Shown: positions 29,241 through 38,749 of the stretch, one piece after another
Layout of the letters: each line of letters opens with the position of its first letter
How positions within the stretch are numbered: the stretch's first letter is position 1
Source of the DNA: Thermoanaerobaculia bacterium
Lineage (GTDB): Bacteria; Acidobacteriota; Thermoanaerobaculia; UBA5066
Length of the DNA: 64,000 bases
Direction: 5' to 3'
Assembly: GCA_963719225.1 (NCBI GenBank)
Contig: CAVRAY010000002.1
Location: 160,001 to 224,000, forward strand
Made by a program: the position numbers and the translations under genes
The notes under the pieces: generated by a model
The model's input: the letters and a program-made list of their open reading frames with translations, nothing else
What the model was told of the DNA's origin: nothing
Databases searched by the model: none

Positions 29241-29917
29241 GCTCCTCCCGCGACGAGCTCCGCGAATCCCTGGGTTCCCCGGAGAGCGGCGAGGTCGGCC
29301 TCGAGTCGCGCCTGGATCCGGTTCTGATCGTCCGCCGCGATGGCCTTCCTCAGGCTCAGAAGGGCCTGCTCCACCTCGCCCTGGAGCGCGAGGCAGCAGG
29401 CCGTGAGGTAGTGCACGCGGCCGTCGCCGTCACGTCGGCCCGGATTCCGGCGGAGCAGCTCGAGCGCCCTGTCGACGTTTCCGCGATTCTTCTCGAACAC
29501 GGCGGCGTGGTAGAGCTCCTCCGGCTCGGCGGCCGTGGGACCCTTCGACCTCCGCCCGCTGCGGCACGCGCCCAGGTACATGCGCGCGCGGTCGAGAAAT
29601 TCCTTTTCATCGGGATGCTTTTCAATCAGATCCTCGAAGCGACGCGCGGCCTCGTCGAAATGCCTCTTGTGAAAAAGCTCGATGGCCTTCTCGTATTCCT
29701 TGCGCGCCGCCGAGGATTCCTTCACGGCCTCCTTGAGGGAAACCGGTGCCTTTCGGGACCGGTCCGGCTCGGGACCGGCGAGCTTCATCTGCCGGATCTT
29801 CTTTTCCAGGTCCTCGAGCGGCAGCCCGAGCTCCTTGGAAAGAGTCTGCAAATCCATTCGGCCGAAATTCGCTTTCAGCCAGCGGGCGTCGTCGTCGGTC
29901 CACTTCCTGAGCATCAT
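29237..29917 (-). CDS. TPR protein with N-terminal HTH/SANT-like segment
   Basis: KWTDDDARWLKANF...LSKELG, TPR repeats, YLTACCLAL C-terminal repeat. Confidence 0.7.
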   Translation of the reverse strand: MMLRKWTDDDARWLKANFGRMDLQTLSKELGLPLEDLEKKIRQMKLAGPEPDRSRKAPVSLKEAVKESSAARKEYEKAIELFHKRHFDEAARRFEDLIEKHPDEKEFLDRARMYLGACRSGRRSKGPTAAEPEELYHAAVFEKNRGNVDRALELLRRNPGRRDGDGRVHYLTACCLALQGEVEQALLSLRKAIAADDQNRIQARLEADLAALRGTQGFAELVAGGA

Positions 29918-30046
29918 TTTGGACGGGCCTCCCGCTGGACTCCGATCTCGAGGGGTGTTCGGAGCAAACGGCGAATTCTCTTCACCTCTCTGCTCCGCGT
30001 CAAGGAGGCCTCCAAACGGGGTCCCAAATCGCGGTAGCCTGAGGGC

Positions 30047-30562
30047 GTGTACGAAGCTCCGATCTTCTGCACGCAATGCGCCGCCCGGCTCGAGGAACAG
30101 GCGCTGGGCCCTTCCGCCAAGAAGGTCCCGGTCTGCGTCAAATGCGGCGCCGTGCACTGGATCGACCCCAAGATCGCGGCCGGCATCCTCATCGTGCGAG
30201 AGGACCGCGTCCTTCTCGTCAAGCGCGCGATCGAGCCTGGGCTCGGCCGGTGGACGTTTCCCGGGGGACACGTGGACCGCGGCGAGACGCTCGAGGAGGC
30301 CGCTCTGCGCGAAACGCTCGAAGAATGCGGCGCGACGGCCGACCTCGGAGACCTCTTGGGAGCCTTCTCGTATCCCGGAAGGCCCGTCGTCATCGTGGTT
30401 TACCGGGGCTCGCTCGCCGTCGGCAGCCGCGAGCCGCACGCGGGCGACGAGACGCTGGAGGTGGGCTGGTTCACCGCGGAGGAGGCGGCCGGCCTGCCGC
30501 TCGCGTTTCGATCCGTGGCCGACGCGCTCTCGCGGCTCTTCGGCCGGACGTATGCGGTGTGA
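30047..30562 (+). CDS. NUDIX hydrolase with Zn ribbon
   Basis: FCTQC...[25 protein letters not shown]. Confidence 0.9.
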   Translation: MYEAPIFCTQCAARLEEQALGPSAKKVPVCVKCGAVHWIDPKIAAGILIVREDRVLLVKRAIEPGLGRWTFPGGHVDRGETLEEAALRETLEECGATADLGDLLGAFSYPGRPVVIVVYRGSLAVGSREPHAGDETLEVGWFTAEEAAGLPLAFRSVADALSRLFGRTYAV

Positions 30563-30641
30563 GCGCGCTCACGCCGGGGAACAAGCGGAGCGTCTCGAAT
30601 CATCCATGGGGCGCGGTCGTCCCGTAGGACAATCGCCGGAG

Positions 30642-31292
30642 ATGAACCAGATGCGCCGCAGCATTCGCTTCCTCGTGCCGCTCTTCACGCTCGTCCTCTT
30701 CGCGTTCTTCGCGAGGGCGGACGAGCCCATCGTCGCGACGGCTCCCGCGCCGGCGGGGCTCGCGAAAGCCGCTTTCGCGGGCGGCTGCTTCTGGTGCATG
30801 CAGAGGCCGTACGACGACCTTCCGGGCGTCGTCTCGGCCACCGTGGGATACACGGGCGGCGAGAAGGCGAATCCCACGTACCACGAGGTCTCCGCCGGCG
30901 GCACGGGACACTTCGAGGCCATCGAGATCGTTTACGACCCGAAGAGGGTCACGTACGAGAAACTCCTCGACGTCTTCTGGCACAACGTCGACCCGACGAA
31001 CGCGAACGGCCAGTTCTGCGACAACGGCGCGCAGTACCGCACCGCGATCTTCGTCGCCGACGACGCGCAGCGGAAGGCGGCCGAGGCCAGCAAGAAGGCC
31101 CTCGAGGCCTCCGGCGTCCTGAAGCGTCCCATCGTCACCGAGATCCTGAAGGCGGGAACGTTCTGGAAGGCCGAGGGCTACCACCAGAGCTACTACAAGA
31201 AGAACCCGATCCGCTACAGCTTCTATCGCTCGGGCTGCGGGCGGGATGCGCGCCTGAAGCAGCTCTGGGGCGACGCCGCCCCGAAACACTGA
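30642..31292 (+). CDS. msrA: Peptide-methionine (S)-S-oxide reductase, exported
   Basis: FAGGCFWC, GYTGG, QYRTAIF, AEGYHQ; signal peptide. Confidence 0.95.
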   Translation: MNQMRRSIRFLVPLFTLVLFAFFARADEPIVATAPAPAGLAKAAFAGGCFWCMQRPYDDLPGVVSATVGYTGGEKANPTYHEVSAGGTGHFEAIEIVYDPKRVTYEKLLDVFWHNVDPTNANGQFCDNGAQYRTAIFVADDAQRKAAEASKKALEASGVLKRPIVTEILKAGTFWKAEGYHQSYYKKNPIRYSFYRSGCGRDARLKQLWGDAAPKH

Positions 31293-31296
31293 GCCC

Positions 31297-31869
31297 CTAT
31301 CGTGAAATGCGACTGAGTACGTATGTCCGGAAGACTTTGTCGTGCCAGGCTTGTTTCTCGCCGTCCCAGATGACCCAGAGGAAACCAAGGTAGAAAATCG
31401 GTGCCGAGATAAGCGCGGCGAAAAGGTTACGGCCGAATGCGCGCCAGAAACCGATTGGGCCGCCCTCAGTGCCGACGACCTTCAAACCGACGACCTTGCG
31501 ACCCCAGGACTGGCCCGTAGCGCCGACCAAGTACGTGAAGTTCCAGAGGACCCACGCCCACGCAAAAATGTCAGCGGCGCCGGGTGCCCTCTGTTTATCG
31601 AAGAAGCTGCCTTGATGGTCCAGGATCGAGCGATCGACAACAAAGTAAACCGCGAAGGCGAGAGCGGTGAGGATCGCGCCATCGCATATGTCCGCGAAAA
31701 GACGATCCCAGAACCCCGCAAGATCCCAGTCGGCAGGGATTGCCGAGGGCGCCGTAGCTGAAGGATGGGCCGAAGGTGGCCGAGGCTGATACCGCCCGAA
31801 AATGATGCCGCAAGCAAGACATTCGTCCCGACCGTCGGGTTGGTCCGCGCCGCACTTCGGGCATTTCAC
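31297..31869 (-). CDS. RDD family protein with Zn ribbon
   Basis: CPKC...CLAC, RLFADICD, GQSWGR, AWHDK. Confidence 0.85.
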   Translation of the reverse strand: MKCPKCGADQPDGRDECLACGIIFGRYQPRPPSAHPSATAPSAIPADWDLAGFWDRLFADICDGAILTALAFAVYFVVDRSILDHQGSFFDKQRAPGAADIFAWAWVLWNFTYLVGATGQSWGRKVVGLKVVGTEGGPIGFWRAFGRNLFAALISAPIFYLGFLWVIWDGEKQAWHDKVFRTYVLSRISR

Positions 31870-31953
31870 GCTGGGCCTCTCTCGGTGACGAAGGTTGGAG
31901 AACGCGCCGCTTCGGCGCCGCCTACGAACGAACCGCCAAGTTTCTGACAGAGC

Positions 31954-32361
31954 TCACCGAGTCTTCCTGAGCAACGCCGAAAGGATGTTCAGGGGGTGGT
32001 TCAGGAACAGGAGGAGCCGGCCGCTCGGGCTTGTCGGCTCCCGGAAGACGCCGCATTGCCTGAGCACGGTCGCACGGTCGTAGTAGATCCTCTCTCCCGC
32101 GAGCTTCCCCTCGTCGTCGAAGGTGTACACGCCGCAGAGCGGGAACTCGATGCGCCGGCCGGTGGCCGGGAGATCACGCCACGTGCCGCCGTGCGTGCCG
32201 CGAATCAGGCACTCGACGATGACCGCTTCACCCGTCGCGTGCTCCTTCCGGATCTCGATCTGAAGATCCGGAAGGGCCCGGAAAAGGTCCTGGTAGAAGG
32301 ACCGGACCGCATCCGGCCCGACGTGGTGCTCGTCCCAGGGCTCGTCCCGCTCTTCGGTCAT
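31954..32361 (-). CDS. SnoaL-like ester cyclase
   Basis: LPDL, GTHGGTWRDLPATGR, ERIYYD. Confidence 0.85.
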   Translation of the reverse strand: MTEERDEPWDEHHVGPDAVRSFYQDLFRALPDLQIEIRKEHATGEAVIVECLIRGTHGGTWRDLPATGRRIEFPLCGVYTFDDEGKLAGERIYYDRATVLRQCGVFREPTSPSGRLLLFLNHPLNILSALLRKTR

Positions 32362-32365
32362 GAGC

Positions 32366-33178
32366 TCAACTTCCGCTCTCGGATTTCCCGGGCAGCTGCG
32401 TCCTCGAGAAGACCGCCTTGGCGAGCTTCACCGGCACCGAGCGCGGCACGAGGCGGCCCGACGCGATCCACAGCCGGTCGAGAGGATGCGTCACGACGAA
32501 AGCCTTCTTTTTTCGTAGCGCCGAAAGACCGACCTTCGCGACCGCCTCCGGCGCCATCTCCGGAAACGGCGTCGCTTCGGCTCCCCGCATGCCCGCGACG
32601 GCATGAAAGTTGGTCTTCGTGTAGCCCGGGCAGAGACACGTCACGGTCACGCCGTCCTTCTTCGCCTCCTCGTGCAGGGCGTGCGTGAAGGACAGGACGA
32701 AGGCCTTGCTCGCGGCGTACGCGGCGAAGTAGGGCATCGGCAGGAACGCGGCCGTCGACGCGAGGTTGAGAATGGCGCCGCCACGACGCGCGCGCATCTT
32801 GACGAGGAAGCGGTGCGTGAGCTCCGCCGTCGCCACGACGTTGAGCTGGAGCATTTCGAGGACGCGCTCGAGCGGAAGGTCGGCCTCGGGGCCGTTCAGT
32901 CCGAAGCCGGCGCCGTTCACGAGAATCGACACGGCCTTGCCCGCCCCCTCCGTGGCGGCGAACACGGCCTCGCGCCCTTCCGGCGTCCCGAGGTCGGCGG
33001 CGAGAAACCCCGCCTCGATCCCGTTCGTCCGCGAGAGCTCTGCTGCGAGCCGCTCCAGCCGTCCGCCCGACCGGGCGACGAGGAGGAGGTCGCGGCCCTC
33101 TTCCGCCAGGCGACGGGCCAGCGCCTCGCCGATTCCAGAGGAGGCTCCGGTGACGACCGCGAGCTGGCGACCCGTCAC
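32366..33178 (-). CDS. SDR family oxidoreductase
   Basis: TGASSGIG, YAASK. Confidence 0.92.
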   Translation of the reverse strand: MTGRQLAVVTGASSGIGEALARRLAEEGRDLLLVARSGGRLERLAAELSRTNGIEAGFLAADLGTPEGREAVFAATEGAGKAVSILVNGAGFGLNGPEADLPLERVLEMLQLNVVATAELTHRFLVKMRARRGGAILNLASTAAFLPMPYFAAYAASKAFVLSFTHALHEEAKKDGVTVTCLCPGYTKTNFHAVAGMRGAEATPFPEMAPEAVAKVGLSALRKKKAFVVTHPLDRLWIASGRLVPRSVPVKLAKAVFSRTQLPGKSESGS

Positions 33179-34080
33179 GAATCCTGCCGCGGCACCCTGA
33201 TCACTTCCGACACGCGGTAGCCGAGGAGAGTGCGCAAGACACTCGAGGGAGCGAAGAGGTCGAGGCCGGACGACTTGACGGGGCTCGGCAGGACGGACAG
33301 GACGAGCGGCGGCCCCTCCGCTTCGAGAACGGTGTACGCGCCGAACCAGTTACGGGCGCCGAGCGCCCGGACGTGAGATTCCATTCCGTCCACGCGCAGC
33401 AAAAAGTCCGTCTCCGTCCCGCGCGTCCAGAGGTGAGGCGGGCCAGCCGACGCCTCGTTCGAAATCTGGAAGGCGCGCTTCAAGAGGGAGGCGGCGGGAT
33501 CTCGCAGGAGGTTCGACGAAAGCGAGAAGGGCACGGTCGCCCGCCCGGCGGCCTTGAGCTCGGCGAAGGCGTTCGGCGAGATCCAGAGCGCGGACGAGCC
33601 TGCGATCGTCGCGACGCCCTCGGGCCAGAGGCCCGGCAGGAGGAACTCGGTTGCGGTCGCGAAGTCCGGGAAGAAGAGGGTTCCTCCCACTTCCCGCGAT
33701 TCGTACGCCGCGGGCGGTGCCGCGATGGGCGTCGCGCCCTGGGCCGCGTTCGCGCGGGCCCGCACCCACTCCTCCCGGCGGCGGGCCGAGTCCGGCTTCT
33801 CGGTGCGCACGCGGCCCGACCAACGCAGCCTGAGCCCGGCCTTTCCGAACTCGAGAACTTCCACCTCACGGCGCGCCGACTCGGGCACGTCCTCGTCGTC
33901 GACTCCGGGCAGGTAGGGATCGAGGGCGAGGACGAGCCCGGGCGAGAGAGGCAGCGCGACGAGGCCCGCGCCCCGCAGCGCCGGGGACGCCGGCGCGGCC
34001 TGCGGCTCCCGGGGGGCGCGGCCGCAGGAGACCAGGAGCGCCGCGAGGAGAGCGGGAATGGCGAGACGCGAAAGGGGCAT
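33175..34080 (-). CDS. Hypothetical lipoprotein
   Basis: LLVSC lipobox; operonic overlap. Confidence 0.65.
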   Translation of the reverse strand: MPLSRLAIPALLAALLVSCGRAPREPQAAPASPALRGAGLVALPLSPGLVLALDPYLPGVDDEDVPESARREVEVLEFGKAGLRLRWSGRVRTEKPDSARRREEWVRARANAAQGATPIAAPPAAYESREVGGTLFFPDFATATEFLLPGLWPEGVATIAGSSALWISPNAFAELKAAGRATVPFSLSSNLLRDPAASLLKRAFQISNEASAGPPHLWTRGTETDFLLRVDGMESHVRALGARNWFGAYTVLEAEGPPLVLSVLPSPVKSSGLDLFAPSSVLRTLLGYRVSEVIRVPRQDS

Positions 34081-34083
34081 GGG

Positions 34084-34917
34084 CTACCGGTTGGCCACGT
34101 CGTTGAGGCGCTCGTCGAAGGGGATCGCATAGACCTCGACGGCGTTGATTTTCTCCCGTTGGGCGCGAAAGCGGTTCAGGGACGAGATGAGCCGCGAGTC
34201 TCCCGACACCGTCGAGGGGACTTCCCGCTCGAACTCCGTGCGGAAGTCGAGAAGGATGCGCGAAAGTCCCGCCTTGAGCGCCGGCGGCTTCCAGTCCACG
34301 TTGTGCGGATCGGCGAGGAACTCGCGGCCCGCCACGTCGAGGCGCGCGTCGAGGTCGCCCGCGTCCCAGGGCTCCTTCGCGAGCGGAGGCCCGCCCCGGC
34401 GCGCCTTCACGAGGGCGAAGTGGATCCGGGCGTCCGTGAACCTCTTGTACGCGAGCGCGGTCATGGCATTGAGCGAAAGCTTCTTCCCGCCGACGACGTA
34501 GGTGGTTTCCGAGTCGAAGCGATGGGCGATGTCCTTCAGGTTGCCCGGCCGGTTGAAGCGCAGGACGCCGCGCAGAGCGCAGGCATTGTGCGCGTTGATC
34601 CAGTAGGCGAGGCGGTCGGGCTCGGTCGGAAACAGATGCGGGTGCGACTCGGGCGACACGCGCGCGATCTCGGCGAGGTACTCCTCGAGAAGAGGCTCGT
34701 CCACCGAGACGGCGGCATAGTCCACGAGGCCGTTCGTCACGACTTTCTCGAGAAGCCGGCCCAGGATCCCGTGGGGAAACTTCCCTGCGGAGGGGACGTC
34801 GGAGACGGCCTTGACCGAAGGCTTCACGACCTCGCACGAGGCTCCCGGCAGGACGACCGCGAGAACGGCGAGAACGGCGGTCGCGCGGAGGCGCGCGGGA
34901 AGAGCGAGGGGCGTCAT
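34084..34917 (-). CDS. DUF547 domain protein
   Basis: GLVDY, LAYWINAHNA, DARIHFALV. Confidence 0.85.
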   Translation of the reverse strand: MTPLALPARLRATAVLAVLAVVLPGASCEVVKPSVKAVSDVPSAGKFPHGILGRLLEKVVTNGLVDYAAVSVDEPLLEEYLAEIARVSPESHPHLFPTEPDRLAYWINAHNACALRGVLRFNRPGNLKDIAHRFDSETTYVVGGKKLSLNAMTALAYKRFTDARIHFALVKARRGGPPLAKEPWDAGDLDARLDVAGREFLADPHNVDWKPPALKAGLSRILLDFRTEFEREVPSTVSGDSRLISSLNRFRAQREKINAVEVYAIPFDERLNDVANR

Positions 34918-34924
34918 CGCGCGG

Positions 34925-35725
34925 TCAGCCGACGACGTCTTCCGCGCCGTCGACGCCCAGAACGTTCCCCGAGAGCCACACGGTCTGGGGGGACGACAGG
35001 GCCACGAGGACGCTCGCGACGTCGTTCGGGGTCGTGAGCCGGCCCGCCGGATGGATCGCGAGACAACGCTCGATCATCTGTTCGTTCCCGGGAATCTTCC
35101 GGAGCGCCGGGGTGTCCGTCACGCCCGCCCGAATCGCGTTCACGGCGATCTTCCGCGGCGCGAGCTCGACGGCGAGCTGCCGGCAGTGGCTTTCGAGAGC
35201 GGCCTTCGCGGCCGAGACGGCGCCGTAGGACTTCCAGATGCGGTGGCCGCCCGCCGACGTCATCGCGAAGGCGTGCGCGCCCTCGGGCAGGAAGGAGCCC
35301 GCCACGAGGTCCTGCATCCAGTAGACGAGCGAGTGGGCCATGACGTCGACGGTCATCTCCATCTGGGGTTTCGAGATCCTCTCGCCGGCGTCCGCGGCGA
35401 GGAACGGCTTCAGCGTGCCGAACGCGAGGGAATGCATGACCACGTCGATGCCGGCCCGTCGGCCCTCCGCGTCCAGGACCTTCGCCATCTCGGCGAGAGC
35501 CTCCGCCCTCTTCTCCTCGTCGGCGGCGTTCATGTTGAAGAACACCGCACGGGATCCGGCGGCTTCGATCTCCTGGGTGATGCGCTCCACGTTCGGAAGC
35601 GTCGCCCGCCGGTCGAGGTGCACCCCGAAGACGTTGCGCCCGCTCTTCGCGAGCGCGAGCGAGCAGGCTTCGCCGAAGCCGGAAGACGCGCCGAGGACGA
35701 GCGCCCAGTTGCGGTTGCCGGCCAT
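34925..35725 (-). CDS. SDR, enoyl-ACP reductase (FabL/FabI-like)
   Basis: LGASSGFG, YGAVSAAK (YxxxxxxK), AGVTDTPAL. Confidence 0.8.
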   Translation of the reverse strand: MAGNRNWALVLGASSGFGEACSLALAKSGRNVFGVHLDRRATLPNVERITQEIEAAGSRAVFFNMNAADEEKRAEALAEMAKVLDAEGRRAGIDVVMHSLAFGTLKPFLAADAGERISKPQMEMTVDVMAHSLVYWMQDLVAGSFLPEGAHAFAMTSAGGHRIWKSYGAVSAAKAALESHCRQLAVELAPRKIAVNAIRAGVTDTPALRKIPGNEQMIERCLAIHPAGRLTTPNDVASVLVALSSPQTVWLSGNVLGVDGAEDVVG

Positions 35726-35763
35726 CGAGGAATCCTAGCATCGAGCACGAGTTAATCTGGCCG

Positions 35764-36765
35764 GTGATGGAGAACAGCTTTCGTCGGCGGCTTGCGCACG
35801 ACACGCCCATCGTTCTCGACGCGGCGATGGGCACGGAACTTTCCCGCCGCGGCGCCGACACGGCACCTCCGCTCTGGAGCGCCCGGGCTCTCGTCGAGGC
35901 CCCGGAGCTCGTGGAAGAGGTCCACCGGGAGAACGTCGCGGCGGGCGCCGAGATCCTCACCATCGCGAGCTTCCGCCTCCACGCGAGGAACATCAGAGAG
36001 AGTTCTTGCTCCCTCTCGCAGGGGGAGCTCATCGCAAGAGCGGTGGCTCTGGCGCATCGGGCAAGGTCCGAATTCTCTTCGAAGGTGAATAGCGAGGCGA
36101 AGCCGGGGCGTCGAGCCGCCTTCTCGAGCGACGCCGCAACTCACCCTTTTGAGAAGGTCTTCAGCAGCGTCTGGATAGCCGGGTCTCTCGCCCCCCTGGA
36201 GGACTGCTACCGGCCCGATCGGGTTCCGAAGCAAGAAAATATTCTCTCTTCCGAACATTCCGAGATGGCGGCGGCTCTCGCCGCCGCGGGCGTCGATCTC
36301 ATCCTCGTCGAGACGATGAACTCGATTCGCGAGCTCGTGGCCGCGACGGCCGCGGCCGTCTCGACGGGTCTTCCCGTCCTCGCATCGATGGTCACCGACG
36401 GGGAGGGGCGGCTCCTGTCGGGAGAACCGATCGGCGACGCGGCGCAGGCGCTTCTCTCGCTTTCGACGAGCCCCGACGCCCTCGGTGTCAATTGCGTCCC
36501 CGCGCGCCGCATCGGCGCCGATCTCGCCCGCCTCGGAGCCGCGGCGCCCGGAGTCCCTCTCGTCACCTACGGCAATGCCGGGCGGGCGCTCGACGAGTCG
36601 CGCGGGCTCTTCACCGAGCCCATCGACCCGTACGAGTACGCCGCTCTCGCGCGCGGCTGGCTCGCGGCGGGCGCCCGAATCGTCGGCGGCTGCTGCGGCA
36701 CGCACGCCGCGCACGTGAGGGCGCTGCGGTCCCTGCTCGACGAGCGGCCGGGCAAAAAGCCCTAG
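35764..36765 (+). CDS. Homocysteine S-methyltransferase family protein
   Basis: LDAAMGTEL, GVNC, GGCCGT. Confidence 0.9.
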   Translation: MMENSFRRRLAHDTPIVLDAAMGTELSRRGADTAPPLWSARALVEAPELVEEVHRENVAAGAEILTIASFRLHARNIRESSCSLSQGELIARAVALAHRARSEFSSKVNSEAKPGRRAAFSSDAATHPFEKVFSSVWIAGSLAPLEDCYRPDRVPKQENILSSEHSEMAAALAAAGVDLILVETMNSIRELVAATAAAVSTGLPVLASMVTDGEGRLLSGEPIGDAAQALLSLSTSPDALGVNCVPARRIGADLARLGAAAPGVPLVTYGNAGRALDESRGLFTEPIDPYEYAALARGWLAAGARIVGGCCGTHAAHVRALRSLLDERPGKKP

Positions 36766-38693
36766 GGGAAGTACCCGCGGATCGTCTTCGCGCGCAGCTT
36801 CGGATTCCTGAGCTTCACCTCGATCGCGCGGAACTGGTTCTCGCCCTTCGAGGAATTCGTGAGATATCGCAGGAAATACTGAGAGCGCAGCTCCGTCTCG
36901 ATCTTCCGGTAGACCTCCGCCAAAGCCGACGCCTTGCCGATGAAGAACGCCTCGGCTCCCGTGTCGACGGCGAGCTCGCTCATCTTCGCCTTGATGCCGA
37001 AATCGAGGACCGAGAGGTTGAGGCCGATGAAGTAGATCGGCACGCCGGCGGAGCGCGCGTAGCGGCGCAGCGTTCCGTAGTCCGTCCAGGAGTGGTTGTC
37101 GTCGCCGTCCGTGAGGACGACGATCGCCTTGCGCCCGGGCAGCGAGCGGAACTGGTAGAGCGCCATCACGACGGCGTCGTAGAGCGCGGTCTCCCCGGAG
37201 GCGCGCGTCTCGGCGATGGCGCGCTCGAGGTCCGTGGACTTGTGCGTGAGGGACGCGAGGAGAGCGGGACGCTCGCGGAACTCGATGACGAAACCCTGGT
37301 CCTTTTCCTTCGAGACCAGCTTCTGCGCGAATTCGGAGGCCGCCTGGTGGACGAGAGGCATGGCGTCCTTCATCGAGCCCGATCCGTCGATCACGATCCC
37401 GAGGGAAAGGGGGAGAGACTCGGCGAACTCGAAGCTGGAGAGGTCCTGCGTCACGCCGTCCTCGAGCACCGTGAACTCCTCGCGCGGGAGGCCCTTCACG
37501 AGGCGGCCGTCGGAGTCGAAGACCGAGACCGGGAGCTCGACGAGGTTCACCTCGACCTTCGTCATGAAGCGCGATTCGCCCTTCAGGAGCTTGAGATCGG
37601 TGAACTCTTTCCCGTCGGCGTCCGTCGCGGTCGCGCGCATGAGCGTGGCCTTCTGGATCTTCGCCACGGGCACGGTGACCGTGAACGGCGGCTCGGTCCA
37701 CTCCTTCAGCATCGTGTCATCCAGCCAGAGCTGAAGCTTCTTCGCGGCGCCGCCCGCGATGGAATGCAGGGCGACTTTCAGCTCCACGGTGTCCCCGGCG
37801 GCCTTCTGTTTCGGCAGCTCGAGGATCCGGACCGCGAGACGCGAGTCCTTCTCGTTGATCGCCCAGGCGTCGGCGTCCACGAAGTTGCCCTGGACGTCGA
37901 AGCCGAGGACCTTGAGCGTCTGCTTCTTGGGGATCTTCCCGAGGTCGAGCTCGACGGTATAGGGTGCGCGGTTCTTCACGAGGATCTTCTTTTCCCCGAG
38001 GTAGAACTCCACGCGCTTGACGGGCTCCTTCACCTCGCACGCGATCCTCAGGAGGCCGACGGGCACCTCCTGCTCCGGCGCCAGGATCTTCACGAAACCC
38101 GAGGCGCCGGCCGCGAGAGGAGGACGGTTCTCGCTCTCGAGGATCACGGCGGCGGCGGTCGGCAGCCCACCGTCCGCCCCGGCGTCCTCGGCACGGAACT
38201 CGGCCGACATGGCGGGCACCATGAGCGAGATCGCGCGCGTGCCCAAGAGCACTCCCGCGACGCCCTCGAGCCGGAACTGGATGTTGACCGTGCCGGGGGC
38301 GAGAGCGCGAAGAAAGGAGATCGCCACGGGCTTCGACGCGTTCGTCACGTCCGTCGACGAAAGGTCGATGTCGACGGGCACCCGGAAGCTCTCGACGGCC
38401 TGACCCTTGTCGTCCGTCACGTCTCCTGCCAGAAAGAACGAATACACGCGCGGCTGCGCGTTTCCCGCCCCGCGGAGATCCCCCCGGCTGACCGAGAGCG
38501 TGAACTTGACGGCCGTCTTCCCCCCGGTTTTCCCGAGATACTGTTCGCGCACGTCGATCGGGATCGAGATCCCCCGTGCCTGGAGCTGGGTCTTCTGGGC
38601 CCCTCCGGGAGGGCCCGATTGGGGCCGCGCAGGAGGAGCCGAGAGGAAGGCGGCGAGGCCGATGAGCGCGAAGGCGCGGACCCGCTTCGTCAT
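36762..38693 (-). CDS. Secreted VWA domain protein with Ig-like domains
   Basis: DGSGSM MIDAS, TALYDA, LTDGDD. Confidence 0.85.
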   Translation of the reverse strand: MTKRVRAFALIGLAAFLSAPPARPQSGPPGGAQKTQLQARGISIPIDVREQYLGKTGGKTAVKFTLSVSRGDLRGAGNAQPRVYSFFLAGDVTDDKGQAVESFRVPVDIDLSSTDVTNASKPVAISFLRALAPGTVNIQFRLEGVAGVLLGTRAISLMVPAMSAEFRAEDAGADGGLPTAAAVILESENRPPLAAGASGFVKILAPEQEVPVGLLRIACEVKEPVKRVEFYLGEKKILVKNRAPYTVELDLGKIPKKQTLKVLGFDVQGNFVDADAWAINEKDSRLAVRILELPKQKAAGDTVELKVALHSIAGGAAKKLQLWLDDTMLKEWTEPPFTVTVPVAKIQKATLMRATATDADGKEFTDLKLLKGESRFMTKVEVNLVELPVSVFDSDGRLVKGLPREEFTVLEDGVTQDLSSFEFAESLPLSLGIVIDGSGSMKDAMPLVHQAASEFAQKLVSKEKDQGFVIEFRERPALLASLTHKSTDLERAIAETRASGETALYDAVVMALYQFRSLPGRKAIVVLTDGDDNHSWTDYGTLRRYARSAGVPIYFIGLNLSVLDFGIKAKMSELAVDTGAEAFFIGKASALAEVYRKIETELRSQYFLRYLTNSSKGENQFRAIEVKLRNPKLRAKTIRGYFP

Positions 38694-38749
38694 GAGGCCA
38701 TCGTATGCTGTCTTTCTCAAGCGACACATCCCCCGTTCAGGAGGTTTAA

